Of a stretch of 64,000 bases of DNA, positions 13,051 through 24,804 are shown piece after piece; positions within the stretch are counted from its first letter, which is position 1, and each line of letters opens with the position of its first letter. The notes beneath the pieces are model-generated. The model saw only the letters and a list, made by a program, of their open reading frames with translations. It ran no database searches and was not told the origin of the DNA. The position numbers and the translations under genes were made by a program. Origin of the DNA: Leucoraja erinacea (lineage: Eukaryota); NCBI RefSeq assembly GCF_028641065.1, contig NW_026576105.1, positions 124,001 through 188,000 on the forward strand, written 5' to 3'.

Positions 13051-14544
13051 AGTGATACCCATCACCTTCTCAAGTGCAAAAGTTTCCATCCCGTTCCTGT
13101 TAAATATTTCCCCTCTCACCTGTAACCTAATTCCTCTGGTTCTTGATTCTCCAACTCTGGTAAAGGACAAGATACAATATACATTTATTTGTCACATCTA
13201 CCAACTACATGTGTGGTCAACATACAACCATACAATAAAATAAAGAACACAACACACGATAGAGTCCAACATAAAACATCCCCACACAGCAGAATAAAGT
13301 TTCCCACTGTGATTCACGTGTGATTCACGTTGTCCAATCCGCTAATGACTTCATACACTCTGCCTCGTGCGCCCAAGGAACATAGGCTCAAGATATCAGA
13401 GATCCGCTGTGGACACAGGCCCTTCGTCCCACACAATCTGCGCTTACCATCGATCACCCCATACAGTAGCACTCTACTACAAGCTGGAAACAATTGACTA
13501 TTTATAGATATTAAAAATAAACTATATTTCTGTACATACTTCGAGTCTGGGAGGAAAGCGGAGCACGCGGGGAAAACCCAGGCAGTCATCAGAATCAGAA
13601 TCGGAATCAGAATAATGTGTATTGTCATTTTAAAGTAGGTTCAAACGAAATTACGTTCCTGCAGACAGAACAACAATTAGAAAAAACACACAATTAGCAC
13701 AATTCCACACAAACATACATCACATTGAATCTCCAAACACCTCCTCATTGTGATGGAAGGCAAAGGTCTTATCTCTTCCCTATTCTCTGTTCTTTATTCT
13801 TGTCCCGCAGTCAAGCAGTCAAACTGCTGCATCAAGCTGATCGAAGCTTTTGATGTTCGAGACCCCGGCGGACGATGGTAAGTCCCGCATTCGTTCACGC
13901 GGTGCCGGGCGATATAAGGCCCTGCTACCGGTCGATTTAAACCCCTTTATTCGGACGGGAGAAGTTGCCGTTGCGGGAGCTCCGAAAAGTGGTCCCCCAC
14001 AAGGGACCCGCGAGCTCCCGATGTTACCGTCCACGGGGCCTGCAGCCGGAGCCTCCGAAGCGCCGTAGTCGGGTCGCAGCCGCGCGCCACCGCAGCGCTC
14101 CGCGCACCGATGTCGGCCAGCTCCGCGATAGTGAGTCCGCAGGCTGTGCGACTGGAGCCCCAGGTCGATTCCGGTTGGAGGCCGCCGGCTGCACGATGTT
14201 AGGCCCCAACAACAACGGAGACTCGAGAGGGAAAAGGTCGAGTCCCAGAACGGGGAAGAGATTTAAAAATCCCATCTGCCCCCCCCCCCCTCCCGCCCAC
14301 ATATACACAGCTAAAAATAATATAAAACTAAACCAAAACATACATCTAACAAGACAAAAAGAAATAAAAGAGAGACAGACTGCGGAGGCCATTGCCGCGA
14401 GGCGCCGCCTTCTTGTCCAACCGTGAGAACTTGCAAAATCGTTACCGACAGCTACGACACTACGCCGCCTAATTTATTCCTAGCCTGTTCAACCTGTCCT
14501 TTCAGCGAAGTCTCTGGAGGTAGTATAGTAGAGCTGTGATCTGG

Positions 14545-14960
14545 AACATAGAAACATAGAAACATAGAAAATAGGTGCTGGAGGCCCTTCGAGCCTGCAC
14601 CGCCATTCGATATGATCATGGCTGATCATCCAACTCAGTATCCTGTACCTGCCTCCTCTCTATACCCCCTGATCCCTTTAGCCACAAGGGCCACATCTGA
14701 CTGCATCTTAAATATAGCCAATGAACTGGCCTCAACTACCTTATCTGGCAGAGAATTCCACAGATTCACCACTATTTGTGTAAAAAATTATTTTCTCATC
14801 TCGGTCCTAAAATACTTCCGTCCTATCCTTAAACTGTGACCCCTTGTTCAGGACTTCCCCAACATCGGGAATAATCTTCCTGCATCTAGCCTGTCCAACC
14901 CCTTAAGAATTTTGTAAGTTTCCATAAGATCCCCCCTCAATCTACTAAATTCCAGCGAAG
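14545..14960 (-). mobile_element. CR1/HER1 LINE 3' end with 8-bp repeat tail
   Basis: (catagaaa)n tail plus the conserved 3' end. Confidence 0.85.
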
Positions 14961-15796
14961 GAACAACCTTCTAGTGAAGGTGTTTTCATGTTCCTGTTGT
15001 GGAGAAATTCCCAGGCTATAGCGATGTCGAGAAGTAATTCAGTACCGGATCATTGAGCAAAAACAGTAATTACGGCCTTAAGGTATTTGCACATTTGTGC
15101 AGTCGCCCATTGGGAAAGGCGCCATGCGTATTTAAAGTGTTTAATTTTAATGCCCTCACGTGAATATCCATCAGGGGATTTATTTCAGCAGTTGCTGTAG
15201 CTATGTATCTGGTGTCCAGTGATATATCCTGCGACACATATGTGGATTACTCAGTAGGGCCCAATGGTGAAATATCCATCTGCATTACAGCTAATCCGCC
15301 ATTGCGGTAAATAGTTTGTTTTATTGACTTCCTATTCTTCCCGCGTCCGGGTCGATTTTGCTGCTGTTAGTGAAGGCCAATCACCACCTGAAATTGGAAA
15401 GTCTGTCAGGGTGTCGGTGAAGTGGAATTGGGTAACGTAATTGTGACAATTCAGGGCCAGCCCATCCTCCATCCAGAGACACCCTCGTTTTAATAACTAA
15501 AATTGTAAATTCTGCAGTTATTAACCAGGTTATCCAGGACTGAGAGAGAATGAAACAGAACACACGTTTCAGATCTCTGGTCACATGTTCTATCCCCCTG
15601 TCATAAGAGCTCTTGTAATTCTCTGCAGCTAGCGGCTAATGTTATGGAAACGGATTCCGGAGAAGCAGCTCGCAGTTGGAAACAATAAAACCACCAGGAC
15701 ACCTGCACACAATGAAAGCAAACCGACAACTGAGAGAGAACAGGAAAGCAGGCACATCCAACCGCATCAGCGGAGCAGAGAGCAAGACAAAGGCGA

Positions 15797-15834
15797 TGTT
15801 TTTGTAAGGGGCTTAACTTGTTTCCATCACTGTG
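15797..15834 (-). promoter_or_regulatory. V-RSS of V1 (22-bp spacer)
   Basis: Minus strand CACAGTG - atggaaacaagttaagcccctt (22) - ACAAAAACA directly after YYCALRR. Confidence 0.92.
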
Positions 15835-16305
15835 CGCCTCAGTGCGCAGTAATAGACTGCAGAGTCGCTGAGATCCAGCCCTGAGATACTCAAGCTGGTG
15901 AACTTAGTCGCGGTATTGAGCTCAATACGGAAACGAGTATCAGCGTATTGGGCCTTATCTTCATTGTTGTAGGTGTTTCTCCCCATAGTAAACTCGGGCT
16001 GCATGCCTGGATATTGTCGGTACCAGTATAAAGTATATGCTGTCCATGTGGTATCATAGTTACAGGTTAAAGTCACCGCTTCTCCTTTTGTCTTCGTCGC
16101 CGAGGGCAGTGGCTGTGTGACAGATTCTCCGTGAATGGTGACTGTAAAATAAATATATTGAGATAGTAACAGACACCGGAGTGCCATGAGATTGCACTTC
16201 TCAAGCCAAAATCTCACCGAGGAGGGCGAGGGGAACTGAAAATATTGATCCCGAATTACCTGTCAGAAACGCTCCCCACACCACACAGATGCCGAGGAAA
16301 CGCAT
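15835..16305 (-). CDS. V1: T-cell receptor alpha/delta-type variable segment (leader 16305-16260, V exon 16141-15835)
   Basis: Leader MRFLGICVVWGAFLT-G|gtaatt, 118-nt intron, acceptor tttacag. V domain ESVTQ...VTLTCNY...LYWYRQYPG...LSISGLDLSDSAVYYCALR followed by RSS. Confidence 0.92.
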
Positions 16306-16579
16306 TTTACTCGTTCACTATGTACTAGCTGAGTTCGAAACTAGAAGAGACAAAAACTGGATCGTTTTGTCATTCAAAGGGCGTCTGCTGGTCTCCGGAT
16401 GTTCGCTGTCACTGCCCTGTGCCCCCAGCGATGGAGTCAGAGATGTGGGTGGGCAGCGGGGTCTCAGCCAATTGAAATACACGTAGCCGGAATCCAGCTT
16501 TCCCCCCGAGAGTAGTCGCATCCGCTTGAACAAACCTTGGTTGAGGAAGGCATATTTGTTCTTGTAACCGGTGGTGAAG

Positions 16580-16975
16580 GTGCGAAGCCTGAGATTGTTA
16601 AGCGAAACAATAATAAGGTGCATATTCACAAATGGAATAGATCGGGTAAACTCACAGAGTCTCTTGGCCAGATTGGGGGCATCGAGAAACAGAGAACATA
16701 GATTGAAGTTGAGTGGGGAGGAAGATTTAATAGAGACCAGAAGGGTAACTTTTTCATGCAAAGGGGCGGCGCATGGAACGCGCTGGCGGAGGTAGTAGTT
16801 AAGGCAGGTAAAATCGCAAAGTTTAAGAAGAATATTGACATGTACATGAATAGAACTGATGTTGAGGGATATGGGCGAAACGCTTGCGGGTAGGACTGGT
16901 GTGGATGGAACATGATGGCCGGTGTGGGCAAGCTGGGCCGAAGGGTATGTTTCCACGCTGTAAGACTCTATGATG
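16580..16975 (+). mobile_element. CR1 LINE 3' fragment
   Basis: Degenerate GIDRVNSQSL...HRLK coding sequence and CR1 3' UTR. Confidence 0.7.
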
Positions 16976-19009
16976 TCTTGATTCTAAAAAAACCCACCAC
17001 AGAATTATCGGCATCCGTCTAAAGGCGACAGGCAGTGGTCAGATCTACAGTCGATTCGGCCCTGTCGAGAAAATGGGAGTTATTACGATGTTTTGATGTT
17101 TTCATTGAGAAATGCACGTGGTTTCTATATGAAGTAAATTACACGCAAAGCCGGAAGAATGTGCAAGGAGCCATTTTCAATCAGTTTTCAGTTCCACTCC
17201 CCTCCATCTGCCACGTTTTGACCAATGAAATTAATTCCTGAGGACCTCAACCCACCGAGTCCACGCCGCCCATCGATGACCCGATCACATTCGTTCCATG
17301 TTATTCCACTTTTCCATCTATTCCTCACACACTTGATGCATGTTTACACAGGCCAATTCGCCTAAAATAACCTCACGTATTTTGGATACGGGAGGAAATC
17401 AGAGCACCTGGTCGATACCGACACGGTCACAGCGAGACGGGAAAGCTCCACTCAGACATTACCCGAGGACAGGATTGATCCCGGATCTCTGAAGCTTTGA
17501 GGCAGCAGCTGCGCCACTGAACCGACAAAATGTGTGATTTGTTTTTATAAAGATTGCAGCTGGGTGATTGTTGAACTTTAACCACAGCTAGCCGGCAAAA
17601 TAGGTTTGGCATTTCCATGAGTTTCAGCATTATATCGAGTGGTCTAGTGATCTGCATTCTGCGCACCGACCGCTGCTGCCTGGATTCGGTTCGTGGTCAG
17701 GGAGTAGGGCGGTTTATTTCTGCCTCCAGTGGAAACATTATTAGACCGCGCATCGTTCACTCTGTGTAGTTTCAGCGTCGCCTCCACCACGTGAACAGTT
17801 AGCAGATGATTAACATTAAAATGATGCACTTATGCAAAATACACAAACATTATTGCTACCAACGGCTAACAACACCATAATCCCGACAGGATCAGGCGGC
17901 CAGGGCTTTCAGATACAAATTAATATTGAGATTCACATTCAAAATATATCTCCAAAATCGAAGAAAATATATGCCAACAATGGCCCACAAATCATCTTTT
18001 CGAATATGCTAACTATACAACGTGTTGTGCATCATGTAAACTACATGTAACACTTGCTCGCGGAATGGCGTGGATATCAGTGCAGTTGGGGAGGAGCAGC
18101 CATACATTGAGAAATCGTAACATTTGGCTGGGTCTTTACATGGAAATGGTTCCGCCTTCACAGACCTCGACTATGGGAAAACAACTGCGATTATTGTGAA
18201 TTGTGGAATTATAGTACGTCACGTTTTTGAATTTCAAAATATACTTTATTCGTGAAATTAATATGTCCAGTACATGATCCTTACAAAACCCCATCCGAAA
18301 TTCACGGAGGCTAAGCATACATCCAATACTGTTTACATAAATTACACAATTTTACCTCCCACCTAAGAGGTCACAAGTAACATTAGCAAATTTGCAGATG
18401 ACACAAAGCTGGGTGACAGTGTGAACAGTGAGGAGGATGCGGTGAGAATGACTTCGACAGGTGGGATCAGTGGGCAGGTGCATGGCAGCAATTTAATGTG
18501 GGTACATGTGAGGTTAGCCACTTAATTAATGTGAGGTTAGCCAAGTAATTCCACATCAATGCATTATCAACGCATTCCAATGCTTTCGCCCTAATATCTG
18601 GAATAACGGCACATGCGGTCCCCCTGTCTGTTTTATTGATTTAAAAAATCGCTCAAAATATAACTATTTGATAAAGGACATTCCTTGCTGACATTTATTT
18701 CTGGCCATTTGGCACGTTATGCGTTGTATTTTCTTATCCTTTTCCTCATGAAGTGCCAACAGGTCAAATATATTAATGCCGCTGCTGTCTACAATTGTAT
18801 TCACACCAAACTAGAAAAGGCCACATGATTGACATCATTTAGACCGCTGCACGGGGACCATTCTCGTTTGTTTGAAGAGGAGCTCCAAGCGAAATCCAGG
18901 GAAATATTATTACTGGGTATATGTCAAGTGAATTCAACAGTGTCTGAGAAGAGCAGTAGAAAGGTTGCAAATACAATATTACATCGCAGCATGTGTTGAT
19001 AAGTGATCA

Positions 19010-19890
19010 CAAGGTCATAAGTGATAGGTGCAGAATTAGGACACTAGCCCCATCAAATCTACTCCGCCATTTAATAATGGATGGTCCATCCCCCCCCCCC
19101 CCCCCCCCCCCCCCCCCAAACACTATTCTCCTACCTTCTCCCCATAACCCCTCGTACTATTCAAGAATTCATCTACCTCTCCCTCAAATATATACATTGA
19201 CGTCTTCCACAGACTGGTGTGGCAAAGAACTCCACATATTCACCATCCTTTATTTAAAGACCTTCGGCTTCCTTCTCCCCAACGGAACGTCATTCCATTT
19301 TGAGGCTATGGCCTATGGTCGTAGGCTCCACCTCCAGTGGAATCATCCTCTCCACGTCCACTCTATGCAAACCTATCACTATTCGGTAAGTTTCAATTTG
19401 GACCCCCATGATGCTTCCAAACTCCCGCGAGTGTCGACAAACGCTCATCATATTTTAACCGACTCATTTGCTGGGATCGTTGTTGTCAACGTCCTCTGGA
19501 CCCTCTCCGGAGCTGGCACATCTTTCCTCAGGCATGGTACCCACAATTGCTCACAATATTCCAAAAGCGACGAGACCGGTGCCTGATAGTGTCTCAGTAT
19601 TGCATACAGTACCTGTTTCTGTATTATTTCCCTATTGAAATAAATGCTAGCATTGCGTTTGCATTCCCTAATACCAATTCGATTTGCAAATTACCTGGTT
19701 TGGGAATCCTGCACCAACACTCTCAAGTCCCATTGCATCTTCGATTTCTGGACTCTCTCCCCAATTTGGAAATAGTCTACTCCTGTATTCCTACTACCAA
19801 AATTATCTACTCCACACTTTGCTTCTCAATATTCCACCTACCACTTTTCTGCCTACTCCCCCAACCTATCCAAGTCTTTATGTAAAGACC
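19010..19890 (-). mobile_element. Degenerate CR1 LINE fragment
   Basis: Reverse complement resembles the CR1 ORF2 C-terminus and 3' UTR. Confidence 0.65.
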
Positions 19891-19935
19891 CAGCTTTCTC
19901 TACACTACCTGTGTATGGAGCATGCTGCCGGAGGA

Positions 19936-21931
19936 GGTAGTTGAGGGAGGTACTGTCGCAACGTTTAAGAAATATTGCGACAGGGACATGGATAAGATGT
20001 GTTAAGAGGATTATGGGCTACACGTAGGCAGGTGGGGTGTGCAGAATGGGTACGTTGGTCATCGTGGGCAATTTGGGCCGGAGGACTATTTTTCACGCTA
20101 GATACTTGACTTCTATGCCAAGATCGAAGAACAACAAGTCACCTTCCGCTTGTGCAAGGTACACGTTTCTGGAATTAACATCCGAGTCTTCAATCCCACG
20201 CCTCAAGCGGGCTAAGGGGAAAAAATCCTACCATCCACATTCAAATTTACTCGCATTGGTTGCAAGCAAATTGTTCATGAACAAGATGGAGACATTGCCC
20301 TCTTTCCGTGTTGTATAACATGCAACGACCATTTGCAGTGAGAGTTCGTTCAATATACCCGCCCCACTCGTGAGGAAAAGTTGGCGCTGCGCCCTTTTAA
20401 ATGTTTACCGTCTCATTTTAACGCCTGCCTCTGGTAGAGACCTATATCCGAGGAACCAAATAAAATACCTCAACTGATCATCACCTTGTCTTATTTTAAT
20501 ACACCATAACTCCTCCTTGTTTTGTTCGCTGCAGAGGGATAAGGCTTCTGCATTAGCCAGTCCATGTCACAATTCACACTGTCCAATATTAGTACCATTT
20601 GTGTGAATAGAGTTGCATACTCCTGTGTTCATGTGCTGTACAGCTCATGAAGTTTTTTGTCTGTGAATAGCTTAGGTCGAGTGCAGCAAACATGAAACTT
20701 ATTTCTTAGGTAAAGGCTTTCTTCAGAATGATCTATCCCCAAACATGTCTCCTTAACCCATTCAATTAGTTCTATCATCTTGCACATCAACATTCGTGAT
20801 ATCTCCAACGGAATAATGCATTGAGAAGATGTCGCCCTAATATCTGGAGTAACATCAAAAGCTGTTCACCTCTGTGTTTTATGAATTAACACATTTCTTT
20901 AAAGGTAACCTGTTGATCAAGAATATTTCCAGCCGCTGTTTATTTCCAGTCAGTTGTCACGTTACACATTATATTCGCCTATTATTTACTTAATGAAGTG
21001 CCAACAGTTGAAATACATTAATGCTGCTCTTGTATCTGAATTGTATACGATGTCGTCTAGAAGGTTCCCTGTGGTTTACATCATTTAGACCCTGCCAAAA
21101 AATGATTATCTTTCCTTTTGAAAGGCAGCTCCACGGATATTGCAAGATTAAATTATTAATGGGTGCATGTTAAATGAAGGGAACGGTGTCTGGAAAATGC
21201 ATTGCAAATGCGACAAGTAATATACTGTATTACATCGTAGCATGTGTGGATAAATGCTACAATACACGAATTTTGCTGCATCTGTGTGCCATGCGTTAAA
21301 ATCTAAAAATAGAATGTTCACTCGTATTTTACAGTTCCTTAGTTCTGTTGGTGCTCAGCTGGTGCCTGAGTAGTGCGCGGTCGCATAATGAGTTTGATCG
21401 CTTTGCATCACCTGCGAGCAAACTATTTGTTCAACGGTCCACAATAAATGTCCGCGGGGAGGTGAACGCACGCAGTCCTTAAGTTTTTCAAAGAATATAA
21501 ATATAGCGCTGTTTGACTTCTCACTTTGACTCATATAAGTTTTGCACTGCATAACTGCGGACGGCTTGAAGGAAAAATGAGTTGGAAGTGGCACTTGGAA
21601 GTGGAATATTATTATTATCCAATTCTGGCAGCAATCGGAGTACCCGGTAGGTGAAGGGAACGCAGTAATTGGGACTGAGATGTGGGATGATGTGTTGATA
21701 AAGACAATGTCAAAGGTAAAGTGAAAATAGTGTGCGAAACACGGGAATGCTAGACTGCATTCTTCAGGTTAGGGCGGTATTAACTAGAACATGTTTGTTT
21801 AAGAAATTACTGCAGTTGCTGGAGACATCGAATCTAGACAAAAATGCTGGATAATTATACAGCGGCTGAAGCGCCATCTATGAAGCGAAGGAATAGGTGA
21901 CGTTTCGGGTCGAGACTGATCAGTCTGAAGA
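19936..21931. repeat. Segmental duplication copy B, ending abruptly at a CR1 LINE
   Basis: Colinear with 4465-6857; similarity stops after ...gatcagtctgaaga, where CR1 sequence begins. Confidence 0.9.
21577..21646 (+). other. Orphan GPR139-like exon 1 (no cognate exon 2 downstream)
   Basis: MSWKWHLEVEYYYYPILAAIGVP-G|gtaggt, 64/70 nt identical to GPCR-1 exon 1, TATAAATA at 21496. The next GPCR exon 2 (36697) has its own exon 1. Confidence 0.9.
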
Positions 21932-23085
21932 TTGTATATATGGACTTCAGCAAAGCATTCGACAAGATTCCGCACAGATAGGCTACTCTGGAAGGTAAGA
22001 TCGCATGGGATCCAAGGAGAGGCAGCTGAATGCAAAGAAAATTGGCTTCATCGAAGGAAGCAGAGGGTGGTGGCACAAGGACGCTTCTCGGACTGGATGC
22101 CTGTGACCAGTGGTGTGCCTCAGGATTCCGAACTCGGCCCGTTACTGTTTCTCATCTATATCACTGATTTGGATGAGAACATACACGGCAAGATTGGCAG
22201 GTTTGCTGATAATACATAAATGGGTAGTTTTACATACAGTGAGATGGTTGTGCAAATTTGCAGTAGGATATTGATCGATTGGCCAGGTGGGCTGAGGAAT
22301 GGTTGGTGGAATTTAATACAGAGACATGTGTGGTGTTACATTTTGGGACGTCGAACATGGGCGGGTCCTGCTCAATGAATGCTAGGGACCAGGGAATGTT
22401 GTATAGCAGAGGGATCATACAGGTGCATGGTTCAATGATTGTGGAGTCGCGCAAGGCGTGTGGCATATTGGCCTTCATAAGTCAGAGTATTAAGTATAGA
22501 CGTTGGGAGTTCATGTTGCAGTTGTATAAGACGTGGATAAGGCCGCACATAGAGTATTGTGTTCAGTTCCGGGCAACATGTTATAGGAAAGGTGTTGTCA
22601 AGCTGAAAAGGGCTCAGAGAAGATTGACAACGATATTTCCAGGGTTAGATTGTCTGAACTGTCGGGGGAGATTGAGTATTTTGTGACTCCGTTGTTTGGA
22701 GCGCAATAGAATGAGGGCTAATATTGTTGACTTGCGTAAAATCACAAAATTAATAGACAAGGTAGATACACAGAGTCTCTTGCCCAGAGTAGGTGAATCG
22801 AGGGCCATAGGATATGGATTTCGGTCAAGGGGAAAAGATTTAACAGGAGGTAACTTTTACACACAAAGAGTGATGGGTGTATGGAACAAGCTGGCAGAGG
22901 AGGTAGTTAAGGCAAGGACGATAACAACATTTAAGAAACAGTTAGAAAGGTACATGGTTAGGTCATGTTTGGAGGGATATGGACAAAACGCGGCCAGGTG
23001 GAACGAATGTAGCTGGGACTTGTAGGCCGATGTGGGCAAATTGGGCCGAAGGGTTGTTTCCACACTGTATCACTCTATGTCTCTA
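21931..23085 (+). mobile_element. CR1 LINE, 5'-truncated, about 1.15 kb, degenerate RT to 3' tail
   Basis: YMDFSKAFDKI, SGVPQDSELGPLLF, RFADNT, RPHIEYCVQF; ends with a ctctatgtctctat tail. Confidence 0.9.
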
Positions 23086-23089
23086 TAAT

Positions 23090-23140
23090 CGCCATTAGAT
23101 TATTACCACCAGAATGAATGCGGTATTATTCTCCAGTAAG
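23090..23140 (+). pseudogene. Probable decayed leader exon of V2
   Basis: ...acc aga ATG aat GCG gta tta ttc tcc A|GTAAG aligns with the V3 leader end act gcc ATG tgg GCG aca ttc att atc A|GTAAG. In-frame TAG at 23096 and no initiator ATG; abuts the CR1 tail. Confidence 0.5.
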
Positions 23141-23899
23141 CAAACAGCTAATCAAGGTGTTGCATAGAGGAAAAGGGTCCAGCTCAGTATCAATTTACCA
23201 ACATGCTGCATGGATTAGCAATAAGGAGAAGTTGAAAAAAACTTGCAATGTTTTCTCGGGAATGTCGAAAGCTGGAGACATTGTAGGAGTACATCAAATT
23301 ACGAGGCGCATAGCCTGCCGGAAAATTTTTTCCCAGGGTGGAAATCCCGAGATTAAGAGGGGGTTGCGTTAAGGTGAGTGGGACGAAATTTCAAGCAGTG
23401 GTGTAGTGTAGGTATTGTTTTTACACAGAGTGTGCTGTGTACCTGAAACAGGTACGGTGGTCGAGCCGTGTAAGATAGTGGCATTTAAGGATTTACGGAG
23501 AGGCACGTGGCTAGGCAGGGAACGGTACAAGCGGCAAATTAGATTCGTTTATCTACGTCATCCTCGAAACGGATATTGTGCGCTGAAGGATCTATTTATG
23601 TGCTACACTATTCTCTGTTCTGTGTTGTAATTTCAACTTATGGTCTTATATATCTCATAACTGATAAACCCAGCGGGATATAGAGGAGAACAATATTATG
23701 TGGAATGCTTGGGTGGCTTTTTGTAGTGTTACAAACTCATGCAACTAGTGTATCAGGCACAGTATAAATAGGTGGTCACTGCGAGTGAAATGTGGGAATG
23801 TAAGTTGAGTATGTCAAAGGGAGGTGTGGAGGTATGTCCTGGGATTGATGCTCGCGCATTCCTATTTACCCATGAATCACAATTCTACTCTGTACGTTC

Positions 23900-24210
23900 A
23901 GTTTAATTTAGTTTAGAGACACAGCGCGGATACAGACCATTCGGCCCACCGAGGTCTCACAGACTAACCATCCACGCACATTAATACCATCCTGCACGAG
24001 GGCCATTTAATTTTTGTTTATACCAAGCCAATTAACTTACAAACCTGTACGTCTTAGACTGTGGGTGGAAACGGAAGTGCTCGGAGAGACCCCACCCAGG
24101 TCACGGGAAAAAATCGTACCAACTCCGTACAGACAAGCACCCGTAGCCAGTATCGAACCCAGGTAAGTGCTGTAAGGCGGCAACTCTACCGCTGCACCAC
24201 TGTGCCGCCC
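23900..24210 (-). mobile_element. tRNA-derived SINE (HE1/V-SINE-like)
   Basis: Minus strand ggcggcacagtggtgcagcggtagag...gggttcgatac (A/B boxes) with (taaac)n tail. Confidence 0.75.
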
Positions 24211-24461
24211 TATATTTATTCCACAGCTATTGGCCCTCCGAATCCTGCTACTTCTTATTCTTGCGTATGGCGTGCACAGTCTAAAGTTGTAGGCTAACGT
24301 GTTCTATTTGATCTTATTTGATTGTGGCACGCCAGGTTCATTGCACTCGTTGAAACAGGGCGGACCACGTGAAGGTTGCAATCTGCCACACCCAAATCCT
24401 GCAAGCATTATTTAAATCCAATCTAATGATCCATGTCACGCTTTTTTCAACTGTGTTCCAG

Positions 24462-24765
24462 GTCAGAGCAATGGAAACGTTGTGTCTCAGAGGGATCCCA
24501 CGCTGACAAGGGCAGAAGGAGAAACTGCAACTTTAGTCTGCACATACACCAGCGATATGTCTTCCTTATTCTGGTACCGCCAGTACCCAAGCAAGCGACC
24601 GGAAGTTGCGGTCGGGCGTTTCATCGAAGGCAATTTAGATTTCAAGGCAGAATTCGCTCGGACCCGCTTTTCTGATTCCGTTCAGCGTTCAAGCAAAACG
24701 TATTATTTGGCAATCTCGGATTTGCAGCTGTCTGACACGGCGGTATATCTTTGTGCACTGAGGCT
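24462..24765 (+). CDS. V2: TCR alpha/delta-type V exon, open, without an intact native leader
   Basis: Acceptor tgttccag|GT; QSNGNVVSQ...ATLVCTY...LFWYRQYP...AISDLQLSDTAVYLCALR; same family as V3. Confidence 0.9.
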
Positions 24766-24804
24766 CACAATGATGGGAGTGGGCTGGGGCCTCGTACAAT
24801 AACT
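24766..24804 (+). promoter_or_regulatory. V-RSS of V2 (23-bp spacer)
   Basis: CACAATG - 23 nt - ACAATAACT. Confidence 0.88.

Noticed and set aside
13650-14426. GC-rich ORFs (153 aa, 122 aa)
   Set aside because: Part of an interspersed repeat with related pieces at about 25225, 26030 and 63770; no protein motifs
23698-23760. Alternative V2 leader (MLGWLFVVLQTHATS or MWNAWVAFCS)
   Set aside because: No good GT donor, and the region looks homologous to V3 intron sequence; not fully excluded
24462-24804. V2 as a NAR-TCR supporting V-delta (leader-less)
   Set aside because: No IgNAR-like V, D or J upstream and no extra CDR1 cysteine; a decayed leader remnant is present
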